DNA of 64,000 bases from an archaeon (GCA_018697095.1 JABHSG010000003.1:20457-84456); one strand, 5' to 3'; positions 46,219 to 55,152 are shown, counted from the first letter of the stretch. Translations and numbers: made by a program. Notes: generated by a model not told the origin, from the letters alone.

Positions 46219-47001
46219 TTAAGAATGACGAAAATCAATATTTTCTAATCTAAACCTTCCTGGCAAAATCTGTGTAGTTGCAAATTCCTTTGCCCAAACA
46301 TTAGGATCAAATCTATCTTGAGTTGTCATAGCTAAAAGATACTTATGTGTTGCAAAAGCCAATGCCCTATATATTACTCCGCCATCTTCTTCTAAATCTT
46401 CAGTTTTTTCTAAAGCAGCTCTTACTGGCATTCTTCCATGCTCCAAGGTATCTCTAAACTCTTGACCAAGTCCATCTTTTGCAACTTTTTCAATAACTCC
46501 TGACCAAGTATAATCAACAACAATATTATTTAGGCCAAATTCTCCCCTAGCTCTTCTCGAAAGATGTGTTCCTGCTTCAGTAGACCTAGTACTCTGCTCA
46601 ACATCTCTGTCTGTAGCCATAAAGTAAACTAATTCAGGGCAACCTTCCATCTCTTCTGGGATACCACTATATGCTTGGGCTCTTTCCTCAAAAGTCCATT
46701 CATAAGAAGGGTGTAGTGGGGCACCAACCAAAGTAGGACTTCTTCCAATATGTCTCATACTTACAAGGGCATCCTCGTTATCCCCTCCAGAAGTTACTCT
46801 TATTAAAGCGTCATTTCCCTCTCCTAAACTATCATTATAAATTGCGTCTGCAAGAAAGTCCCCCATTGGAAGTCTCTTATTTATACGGTCATCCATTACA
46901 ACCCAAGCTGGAACTACTCCAAGCTCTGCCCTTGCATAATCAAGAACTGCTTTAAAATTTGTTAATGCATCTGCGCCATGTGTAACTTCATAAATTCCCA
47001 T
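46219..47001 (-). CDS. hypothetical protein (260 aa), convergent with the 746-aa ORF
   Basis: Long ORF with no motif recognised. It has more R/G/A and less K/N than its neighbours. Confidence 0.45.
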   Translation of the reverse strand: MGIYEVTHGADALTNFKAVLDYARAELGVVPAWVVMDDRINKRLPMGDFLADAIYNDSLGEGNDALIRVTSGGDNEDALVSMRHIGRSPTLVGAPLHPSYEWTFEERAQAYSGIPEEMEGCPELVYFMATDRDVEQSTRSTEAGTHLSRRARGEFGLNNIVVDYTWSGVIEKVAKDGLGQEFRDTLEHGRMPVRAALEKTEDLEEDGGVIYRALAFATHKYLLAMTTQDRFDPNVWAKEFATTQILPGRFRLENIDFRHS

Positions 47002-47298
47002 TTTTATTAATCTCCGTATAATTTGTATTGTATTTTTATTCTCACAATTATTTCAAATTGTATTATCAATAAGATCCAAAACCACAAGTTAAAATTATTA
47101 CAATTGCTTGCTTTCCAATTTAATCATAACTCTAAAGGAGCAACTCTTAAGGATTATATATAAACCTTATGCCATAACTTCTGACACACTTACTTGGTGA
47201 CAACATTTCAAACTATTAGTGACACTGTACTAAATACGGCATAAATATTACTTACAAAAACAAAATTAGAATTTATTCTAAACTAAGACTTTACTCTC

Positions 47299-48255
47299 TT
47301 AAGAAACATCAAGTTCAAGTAAGCTGCCGCTAAGTTCTAAGCTTTTAACTTCCCCATCCATTCGCAAAGCTTCACTACTTTGTGGAACAATTTCAACTTC
47401 TCCAAAAAATGAAGTCAAATCTAAATGTTCATCTTTTAATTTGTAAGTTAACCGGTCATAAACTTCAAGTTCCCCACTACCTGCTGGCAAATAAAGTGAA
47501 TCAAGACCCATATCGCTCAAAAGTAAACTACTGTAATCAATCTCAGAAATAAATACAGAAATGTCCCCATTATTGTTAAGTGCAACTCCGTTAACACTAA
47601 CTCCTCGAGCTCCTCCATCTAAACTAAGTTTGCTTGATTCCAAATTCAAACTACCACTAAAATCTGTAAGTTTTAATTCGATACTACTTGAGTCAACAGA
47701 TAATTCGCTTCCATCAAGTAAAATTTTTCCATTTATAGAAGATAAATCAATTACAATTTCTGGTACAGAAATTACAGTTTCTAAATTTGGAATTTGTGAA
47801 AAAGACAAAGAGATTTCATGTAAATCATTACTTTTAACGCCACGTGAAGAGCTTGAGTCAGTTGAATCACTTTCAGATACACCATCATTATTCTCGGAGT
47901 TTGAATTTGAAGAATCACTTGATTCAATTCCGCTATCTGAATCCAAATTGCCACTGCTTACTGCTGACCCTGCAAGATTAGAATTACTATCAAACATTCC
48001 ATTAACAAGTTGTCCAGTAATAGAAGCGCCATTCATTACAACAATAACAGAAAAAACTACTATTAGGCAAACTCCTATCCCTCCCCAAAAATAAGCGTTC
48101 TTATACGCTGGAACTGTGTTTGGACTTCCCATAAATACCTTCTCTAATAGTTCTAATGGAAAACTCTTTTTTGAAGCTTTATAAGACTTCTGACCGGAGT
48201 GATTAGTAGAATCAATTTTCATAGAACTAAAAAATAGTGAATAACTTTTAAGCAT
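47299..48255 (-). CDS. membrane-anchored Ser-rich protein with beta-helix-like repeats
   Basis: A TM segment (FWGGIGVCLIVVFSVIVVM) is followed by a Ser/Asp/Asn linker. After that come degenerate repeats such as LDGSELSVDSSSIELKLTDFSGSLNLESSKLSLDGG... Confidence 0.4.
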   Translation of the reverse strand: MLKSYSLFFSSMKIDSTNHSGQKSYKASKKSFPLELLEKVFMGSPNTVPAYKNAYFWGGIGVCLIVVFSVIVVMNGASITGQLVNGMFDSNSNLAGSAVSSGNLDSDSGIESSDSSNSNSENNDGVSESDSTDSSSSRGVKSNDLHEISLSFSQIPNLETVISVPEIVIDLSSINGKILLDGSELSVDSSSIELKLTDFSGSLNLESSKLSLDGGARGVSVNGVALNNNGDISVFISEIDYSSLLLSDMGLDSLYLPAGSGELEVYDRLTYKLKDEHLDLTSFFGEVEIVPQSSEALRMDGEVKSLELSGSLLELDVS

Positions 48256-48283
48256 CTGTGGCCTAGAACCTCTTTGTTGTAGT

Positions 48284-48763
48284 TTATCTTTTACAGACTA
48301 CTCTTTCAAACGATTTAATCTGTTTGGGATCATGTTCGCATTTACTACTGCCACAAAAACATCTTACTTCCACATCTACTTTTTCTTTGCGACAAAGTGC
48401 CATACTCTGCTTCATACGGGCCAGCAATCTTCCAGCCAAATTTATCTTTGATTCTTTAGTGAAATCACAAAATGAGAAACAAATAGTTTTTCCCCGGCGT
48501 TTAGCTGTACGTAAAATTCCCAAGTCAAGGCCACTACGTACATAATGTACAGAATCTTTATGGTGAACTTTTTCGCTACCTAAAATATATTTGCAATGGC
48601 TTTTCTCAATTGCATGGACAAGTTGTTTTTCATCGTGAACTCGAACTAATACACTCTTTTTTTGACGTTTAGTCCTTTCTAAAATTCGCAAAAACTTTTT
48701 CCAGTCCCTTTCATCAATGAATTGCAAATCTTGTAAACTTTCTTCCATAGTCTCAAAAAACAC
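48284..48763 (-). CDS. rnp3: short RNase P protein component 3 (Rpp30)-like
   Basis: ILGSEKVHHKDSVHYVRSGLDLGILRTAKRRGKTICFSF...LARMKQSMALCRKEKVDVEVRCFCGS...DPKQIKSF resembles the C-terminal half of the Rpp30 PHP-like barrel. At 159 aa it is shorter than typical. Confidence 0.4.
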   Translation of the reverse strand: MFFETMEESLQDLQFIDERDWKKFLRILERTKRQKKSVLVRVHDEKQLVHAIEKSHCKYILGSEKVHHKDSVHYVRSGLDLGILRTAKRRGKTICFSFCDFTKESKINLAGRLLARMKQSMALCRKEKVDVEVRCFCGSSKCEHDPKQIKSFERVVCKR

Positions 48764-48862
48764 CCATTCTATAATAATTATAGCAAATCCTTTTAAAAAC
48801 GCGATCTACTTAACAACTCTATAAACGCCTGGCCAATTAGTGGACGCGCGGGAAGAAAAAGT

Positions 48863-49087
48863 ATGTTAGCAACAAAAGAAGTAACTATTGTAAACGAAAA
48901 AGAATTTTCAACAACTAAGTTTAATTTCAAAGAAGGTTCTGTGAATACAGTAAAGGACCTTTTACTTGCAACATCAATAAATTCTGAAACAGTCATTGTT
49001 ACTAGAGGTTCTGATGTTCTCTTAAGTGATGATACTGTAAATGATAAAGATACTATTACTCTTCTCTCCGTGATCTCTGGTGGCTAA
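48863..49087 (+). CDS. samp: ubiquitin-like small modifier / sulfur carrier (ThiS/MoaD/SAMP/TtuB family)
   Basis: 74 aa with a beta-grasp-like pattern, ending ...LLSVISGG followed by stop. Confidence 0.7.
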   Translation: MLATKEVTIVNEKEFSTTKFNFKEGSVNTVKDLLLATSINSETVIVTRGSDVLLSDDTVNDKDTITLLSVISGG

Positions 49088-50156
49088 AACACCAAATAAC
49101 ATGGAATCGAAAACCAAACCTAAAACAGAAATTGCCAATAAGAATAAAAAGTACGTTATCGAGCTGCAGCACGGCAAACTTACCAAACCTGAATTCTTTG
49201 ACTATTTGGAATCTAAGGTTTTCAAAACTATCAGTAAATACAAATTAGTTGATAAAAATGATAAAATTTGTGTAGCTGCGTCTGGTGGAAAGGATTCTTT
49301 AACAGTACTATACTTGCTCAAAAAATATTTTCAAAAATGTAATTTTCCAAAAGAAAATCTTCAAGCCCTAATTATAGATGAGGGAATCAAAGATTACAGA
49401 AGTAAAACTCTTGATGATCTTAAAATTTTTTGCAAAGAACATGACGTGCCACTCACAATTGCTTCGTTCAAAAAGGAATACTCAAAAACATTAGATGAAG
49501 CTTACCCAATTATCCACAAAAAAACCAAAAAGAAACCGTGCAACATTTGTGGGGTCTGGCGGCGTAATCTTCTAAATACTTACGCAAAAAAAATGGGCGC
49601 AACCAAATTAGCTACTGGCCATAATCTTGACGACGAATCTCAAGCTGTCATAATGAATATTTTTAAGGCAAACACCAAATTAGCTGCAAAACTTGGGCCA
49701 ATGTCAGGGATCAAAGCCCATGATGGTTTTGTTAGAAGAATTAAACCGTTATATCTTTGTTCAGAAAAAGAAACAAGGCTTTACACATTTCTTAAAGGTT
49801 TCAAAGTAAATTATACTCAGTGCCCAAACGTCTCACTTAGCTACCGTTCACAAATAAGAGATATGCTAAATGATTTTGAAGCAAAATATCCTGGAACAAA
49901 AAATGGAATTATCAGATCCTTTCTTGACTTAATGCCAATGCTCAGAAATCGTGAATTAGAAAAAGATCAATCTAACTCTATACCTAAAAATGATCACTCT
50001 CCCAAAACTGGGCCACTAAGTGGCACCGGCTTAGAAACTTTGCCAAGCAAAGTTTCAAAGAAATCTGCCTGTGAACCAAACTCTTGTCAAGTATGTCAAG
50101 AGCCAAGTAGCGGTGACACTTGTAATGCTTGTAAATTAAAAGAACTAATTAAGTAA
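49080..50156 (+). CDS. ncsA: tRNA 2-thiolation PP-loop ATPase (TtuA/NcsA/Ncs6 family)
   Basis: The PP-loop is CVAASGGKDS. The Fe-S Cys are CNICGVWRR and YTQCPN, and the C-terminal Zn finger is CQVCQ...CNAC. The start may be GTG 49080 (overlapping the SAMP stop) or ATG 49101. Confidence 0.8.
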   Translation: MAKTPNNMESKTKPKTEIANKNKKYVIELQHGKLTKPEFFDYLESKVFKTISKYKLVDKNDKICVAASGGKDSLTVLYLLKKYFQKCNFPKENLQALIIDEGIKDYRSKTLDDLKIFCKEHDVPLTIASFKKEYSKTLDEAYPIIHKKTKKKPCNICGVWRRNLLNTYAKKMGATKLATGHNLDDESQAVIMNIFKANTKLAAKLGPMSGIKAHDGFVRRIKPLYLCSEKETRLYTFLKGFKVNYTQCPNVSLSYRSQIRDMLNDFEAKYPGTKNGIIRSFLDLMPMLRNRELEKDQSNSIPKNDHSPKTGPLSGTGLETLPSKVSKKSACEPNSCQVCQEPSSGDTCNACKLKELIK

Positions 50157-50196
50157 ACTAAACCCTAGAAAAAAATAAAAAATAACCAACTAAAAT

Positions 50197-51213
50197 ATGG
50201 CTTTAACAAACATCCAAAAACAACGTTATTCAAGACAAATTGTTCTCAAAGAGATTGGAATCTCTGGTCAAAAAGCCCTAAGCACTGCCCACGTAACTAT
50301 TGTTGGTGCAGGGGCGCTCGGGTCAACATCCGCTGAAATTCTTCTAAGGGCGGGCGTTACAAATCTTACAGTCATTGATAGAGACATTGTTGAATTAAGT
50401 AATCTTCAAAGACAATCTCTTTATACTCAAAATGATGTAGGTAAAGATAAAGTTATTGCCCTCAAAAATCATTTAATAAAAATCAACTCGCTTGCAAAAT
50501 CCACTATCATTATCCACCCAAATCATTTATACAAAGAAAATATTGAAGATCTTATTCCAAAAAATACTAATTTGATTCTTGATTGTACTGATAACCTTCA
50601 AACAAGATTTCTTCTTGATATTTTCCGACAAACAGTAAACAAAAAAAAAGTTATTCCTTGGGTATTCACAAGCGCAATTCAAACAAGTGGCCAAATTTCT
50701 CTAATTACTAAAAAAGAAATTTCTCTTGAATCTTTTTTACCAAAAAATGCGCAAGGGCAAACTTGCTCGCAAGTAGGCGTCCTAGGTTCAACAACTCACA
50801 TCATAGCTTCATACGCAACAAACCTTGCAATTTTATTTTTAACAAATAATCACAAAAACCTTGAAAATAAACTAATTTCAATTGACACTTTTAATTTTTC
50901 ACAAAGAATTTTTACCCTAAAAGAATTGCCAAAAGATAACAATAATAGCAACCCAAGGATTCTAGAATATCCCAAAGAACCAAGAGTTTCTAAGTTCTGT
51001 CAAGGTTTCTTCCAAGTCCTGCCTGCCAAAAAAAGTGATATCGATCTTAAAAAAATGGCTCGCCTCTTAGCAGATTTAACTGGTTCTTCTAACTCATCGC
51101 CTCTTTCTATCAAAATTGATGGCCACAGAATATTCAAAGATGCAAGAGCCCTAATTAAAGCTAAAACAAAAAAAGACGCTATTAGTATATACTCAAAACT
51201 TGTTGGAAACTAG
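50197..51213 (+). CDS. ubaA: E1-like ThiF/MoeB/UbaA adenylyltransferase
   Basis: RYSRQIVLKEIGISGQKAL, VGAGALGS and DRDIVELSNLQRQ are present, and the catalytic region reads CSQVGVLGS. Confidence 0.8.
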   Translation: MALTNIQKQRYSRQIVLKEIGISGQKALSTAHVTIVGAGALGSTSAEILLRAGVTNLTVIDRDIVELSNLQRQSLYTQNDVGKDKVIALKNHLIKINSLAKSTIIIHPNHLYKENIEDLIPKNTNLILDCTDNLQTRFLLDIFRQTVNKKKVIPWVFTSAIQTSGQISLITKKEISLESFLPKNAQGQTCSQVGVLGSTTHIIASYATNLAILFLTNNHKNLENKLISIDTFNFSQRIFTLKELPKDNNNSNPRILEYPKEPRVSKFCQGFFQVLPAKKSDIDLKKMARLLADLTGSSNSSPLSIKIDGHRIFKDARALIKAKTKKDAISIYSKLVGN

Positions 51214-51284
51214 TAAAATTTCTCATACAAAACAAAAAAGCCAATTTTTGCCTTTAAATCAGCCAAACTGGGGGTTTTTATCTT

Positions 51285-51312
51285 TTCTCCACTGGAAATG
51301 AAGGGGTTCCCC
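51285..51312 (+). promoter_or_regulatory. isolated ORB-like (Orc1/Cdc6 origin-recognition-box-like) element upstream of tbp
   Basis: ttctCCACTGGAAATgaaGGGGttcccc has a dyad core plus G-string like the oriC ORBs at 56.9 and 57.3 kb. Confidence 0.4.
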
Positions 51313-51426
51313 TTAATAAAGGAATTAATAAGCTTTATAAAGTCGAAGCGAAAAGAGTATTTAAATGCTTTTTAAACTAAAGTTTTTACATATCTGAATT
51401 AATTATCTATCACGGAGGCAAAAATC

Positions 51427-52017
51427 ATGGCAAAAACAACTAAACCAGTAACTACTAAAAAAAAAAAAATAAAGGGAAAAAAAGAGATCACAATTGTAAA
51501 CATTGTTGTATCAACCGCCCTTGAAAAAGACATCCCTCTTGAAAAAATGGCAGCAACTTTGCCAAATACTGAATACAACCCAGAACAGTTCCCTGGACTA
51601 GTTCTAAGAATTAAAGATCCAAAAACTTCCGCACTTATCTTTTCATCAGGAAAAGTTGTTTGTACTGGTGCAAGAACACTTAAGGATGTAGATAGAAGTG
51701 TTTTATCAATTATCGAGTCACTTAAAAAAATTGATATTAAAGTCGTTATTAAACCAATTATTACTGTACAAAATATTGTAGCTTCAGGTTCTATTGGTAT
51801 AAAACTTAATTTAAATTATCTTGGACTTAAATTGCCAAATACTGAATATGAACCAGAACAGTTCCCTGGGTTAGTTCATAAGCTTAAAGGTACACGCGCA
51901 ACATTTCTTCTCTTCTCAAATGGGAAAATTGTTTGTACTGGAACTAGAACAGAAGAAAAAGTGCATGAAGCAACCGATCTTTTAATCAAAAACCTAGAAA
52001 AGCTACTTAATCAATAA
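51427..52017 (+). CDS. tbp: TATA-box binding protein
   Basis: Two direct repeats each contain LPNTEYNPEQFPGLV or LPNTEYEPEQFPGLV and SGK(V/I)VCTG. GGAGG lies 9 nt upstream. There is a Lys-rich N-terminal extension. Confidence 0.95.
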   Translation: MAKTTKPVTTKKKKIKGKKEITIVNIVVSTALEKDIPLEKMAATLPNTEYNPEQFPGLVLRIKDPKTSALIFSSGKVVCTGARTLKDVDRSVLSIIESLKKIDIKVVIKPIITVQNIVASGSIGIKLNLNYLGLKLPNTEYEPEQFPGLVHKLKGTRATFLLFSNGKIVCTGTRTEEKVHEATDLLIKNLEKLLNQ

Positions 52018-52104
52018 ACAAAATAAATATATTAATTTTTTCTTTAATTTTTTTCTTGACTTTTGTAGAAATCGTTATATACTTCTTTATTTAATATCTT
52101 GTTA

Positions 52105-53001
52105 ATGAAACTTGAAAAATATTTTGCACAAGTTGAACTTGATATAGACAAGTTATTACCATATTTAATTGGGCATCACCAATTCTGGTTTTCTCCGAAT
52201 GGAAATAATGGAATGAAAAGGTTAAAAGATTCTATTTATATTTTCTATCATAGCCATGCACAAAATACTATTAAACCTGAATCAAAATTACTCATTCAAG
52301 AAAATTTAGTGAACGCAGAAGCTGCCGTACGCCGTAAAGGATTTCATATAAGCTCATTAACTGTTTGGAACAAATGTACTTCTTTTGATCCTGCTCTTGA
52401 CAAAGATGATAAACTAGATGACCAATGTGTATTTAGAGTTTATTGTAATGTTCATTGGGGTTCGTTCTGTGCCCTAGCCATTCGAATGTTAAATATTTGG
52501 ATAAAAGAATCTAAGTCTAAAGGAAAACAAATTCCATTCCAGTTCAAATTTCCAAAGTCAAGTAAATCTGCTCTAGTTAGTTGTGGAAGGATTGAACCTT
52601 TTGTGTTATATTTTGATCCAAATGACAAAGAATTTGCAAAAGCAGCGCTTAGTCATATCCAAGCGCTGCCAAACACTTGGTTCAATGAACATGTTCCTTT
52701 ATTTACTCACAAAATTGCAAAAGGAAGAGCAATTGCCTTTGATCCAAAAGACAATAATAGCGCGCAAAAAATAAATAAAAGGTGGACTGGCGTTGATGAC
52801 TTTGTTTCTTATGGACAGTATATGTCAATAATTATTGCAACAGCAATTCAAACAGGAGTTGTCAATGCAAAGCAAAGAAAAAAAGATGAGATAATATATC
52901 TAAATAATCTTACCAACGTAGAGTTAATATCTGTCAAAAAGGCAATAATGCAATATATCAAAATAAGAGTGCCTCGTGATTTACACATATCTGAATTCTA
53001 A
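52105..53001 (+). CDS. hypothetical protein, weakly HopA1-family-like
   Basis: FRVYCNV...IPFQFKFPKSSKSALVSCGRIEPFVLYF resembles the RLYLNV...F..K......R.D..V.Y pattern I associate with HopA1-like proteins. The resemblance is weak. Confidence 0.25.
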   Translation: MKLEKYFAQVELDIDKLLPYLIGHHQFWFSPNGNNGMKRLKDSIYIFYHSHAQNTIKPESKLLIQENLVNAEAAVRRKGFHISSLTVWNKCTSFDPALDKDDKLDDQCVFRVYCNVHWGSFCALAIRMLNIWIKESKSKGKQIPFQFKFPKSSKSALVSCGRIEPFVLYFDPNDKEFAKAALSHIQALPNTWFNEHVPLFTHKIAKGRAIAFDPKDNNSAQKINKRWTGVDDFVSYGQYMSIIIATAIQTGVVNAKQRKKDEIIYLNNLTNVELISVKKAIMQYIKIRVPRDLHISEF

Positions 53002-53097
53002 ATTTCTTTTCTAAACCTCTTTTCCAAAATATCTTTTGCAGTCCTTCGTTATTTTATCAGCAGCAAGCTTTTAAAACACAAAAATCCCATTATTAAC

Positions 53098-55152
53098 ATG
53101 AGCGATTCTAAAACACAAGAAGTTGAAGAAATTCTAGAGACTAGTGAACAAATTAGGCTTCTAAAAGAGTTTATTGAACAAAATTACCACGCTCAGCTTT
53201 TAGAAACCGCTAGAAAAGGAAAACAGTCACTTGTAGTTGATTTTTCAGAATTAATCAAATTTAATACAGAATTAGTTGATGAGTTAATTGAACGCCCAGA
53301 AGAAGTTCTAAAAGCAGGGGAAATTGCTATTAAGGAATTTGACTTGCCAAAAAAGGTTGAAAAATTTAACCTACGTATCAGAAACCTTCCAAGTTCACTC
53401 AAAATAAACGTTAGTGAGATTAGGTCAAAACATCTTGGAAAATTTGTCTGGTCAACTGGTATTGTTCGTCAAAAATCAGATGTAAGGCCACATGTTGCAA
53501 CCGCTAAGTTTGAATGCCCTAGTTGTGGAAATATTTTAAGTGTGCTTCAACTTGATCAGAAATACAAAGAGCCTACAAGGTGTTCTTGTGGCCGTAAAGG
53601 AAAATTTAGAGAAATTAGTAAAGAACTTCTTGATGGTCAAGGTTTAGTTCTTGAAGAATCTCCTGATGACTTAGATGGGGCGCAACCAAAGCGTATCAAT
53701 GTTTTTCTAAAAGGGGACTTGGTAAGCCCAATTACTGAAAGAAAGTCTTCTCCTGGTACTAAAGTGCGCGTTTATGGGTGGGTAACTGAAGTCCCAATCA
53801 CTTTACGTGCTGGTGGTCAATCTACAAAATTCGATTTAATATTAGAAGCAAATTTTATTGAGCCTGTTGAAGATGACCCTGCAGAGATGAAAATTTCAGA
53901 TGAAGATGAAAAAAAAATTAAAAAAATTGCAAATCATTCTAATGTGCTTTTATTTGTGAGTAATAGTTTAGCTCCTTCTATTTACGGACATGATAAAATC
54001 AAAGAAGCAATGGTTTTACAACTAGTTGGCGGTTGCCGAAAAAAACGCCCAGATGGGGTTGCAACCCGTGGAGATTTACATATGCTCTTAATTGGTGATC
54101 CTGGTGCAGGTAAATCACAATTATTAAAACGTATTTCTAGAATTGCTCCAAAAGCCAGATTCACAAGTGGTAAGGGTGCAAGTGCAGCAGGTCTAACTGC
54201 TAGTGTTGTTAAAGATGAATTTTTGGGTGGTTGGTCTCTTGAAGCAGGTACACTTGTTTTAGCAAACCATGGGTTCGCAATTATTGATGAGCTTGATAAG
54301 ATGACTAAAGAAGATAGGTCCGCTCTGCACGAGGCAATGGAGCAGCAAACTGTTAGTATTAGTAAGGCAAATATCCAAGCGACCCTTCGTTGTGAAACGT
54401 CACTTCTTGCTGCAGCAAACCCTAAATTTGGAAGATTCGATCCTTACGACTTGATTGCAAACCAAATTAATTTGCCTCCAACTCTAATTAACAGGTTCGA
54501 TTTGATTTTTCCAATTAAAGATGTCCCTAGCCGTGAAAAAGATGAATTGCTAGCTGGATTTATTCTTGAACTTCATAAAAACCCTAAAATTGCTGCAGGT
54601 GAAATAGAAACTGATATTCTTAAAAAATTTATTTTGTATGTTCGCAAAAAAACAAATCCTCTTTTAACACAAGAAGCAATTGATGAAATTAAAAAATATT
54701 ACATTACTATGCGAAACTCCAATAGTGATGAAGCTGGGATTAAATCTATTCCAATTACTGCCCGGCAACTTGAAGCATTAGTGCGATTAGCAGAAGCTTC
54801 AGCAAAATTACGTCTTGGTAAAAAAGTGCTGAAAAAGGATGCTGAAAAGGCGATAGAATTAGTTGATTATTCTTTAAACCAAATTGCAAAAGATAGTGAA
54901 ACTGGCAGAATTGATATTGATAGGATTTCCAGTAGAATTACTGCTTCTCAACGAAGTAAAATTAGTGTAATTAAAGAAATAATTTCAAAAGTCGAATCAG
55001 AAACTGGCCAAAAAATTCTTCCAATTGAAGCAATTCATCAGATGGCAAAAGAAAAAAATATTCCTGAAGAAGAAGTTGATAAAACTCTTGAAAAACTAAG
55101 AAGATCAGGAGATATTTTCGAACCTAAACGTGGGTTCATCCAAAAACTCTAA
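53098..55152 (+). CDS. mcm: MCM replicative helicase
   Basis: The Zn motif is CPSCGN...CSCG, Walker A is GDPGAGKSQ and Walker B is IIDELDKM. The arginine finger region is NRFDLIF, and a C-terminal wH is present. Confidence 0.95.
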   Translation: MSDSKTQEVEEILETSEQIRLLKEFIEQNYHAQLLETARKGKQSLVVDFSELIKFNTELVDELIERPEEVLKAGEIAIKEFDLPKKVEKFNLRIRNLPSSLKINVSEIRSKHLGKFVWSTGIVRQKSDVRPHVATAKFECPSCGNILSVLQLDQKYKEPTRCSCGRKGKFREISKELLDGQGLVLEESPDDLDGAQPKRINVFLKGDLVSPITERKSSPGTKVRVYGWVTEVPITLRAGGQSTKFDLILEANFIEPVEDDPAEMKISDEDEKKIKKIANHSNVLLFVSNSLAPSIYGHDKIKEAMVLQLVGGCRKKRPDGVATRGDLHMLLIGDPGAGKSQLLKRISRIAPKARFTSGKGASAAGLTASVVKDEFLGGWSLEAGTLVLANHGFAIIDELDKMTKEDRSALHEAMEQQTVSISKANIQATLRCETSLLAAANPKFGRFDPYDLIANQINLPPTLINRFDLIFPIKDVPSREKDELLAGFILELHKNPKIAAGEIETDILKKFILYVRKKTNPLLTQEAIDEIKKYYITMRNSNSDEAGIKSIPITARQLEALVRLAEASAKLRLGKKVLKKDAEKAIELVDYSLNQIAKDSETGRIDIDRISSRITASQRSKISVIKEIISKVESETGQKILPIEAIHQMAKEKNIPEEEVDKTLEKLRRSGDIFEPKRGFIQKL

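Noticed and set aside
46219-47001. The 260-aa protein considered as a response regulator partner of the possible kinase
   Set aside because: It lacks the receiver-domain pattern (N-terminal acidic pair, phospho-Asp after beta3, conserved Thr/Lys spacing). VVMDDRINK is the only vague similarity.
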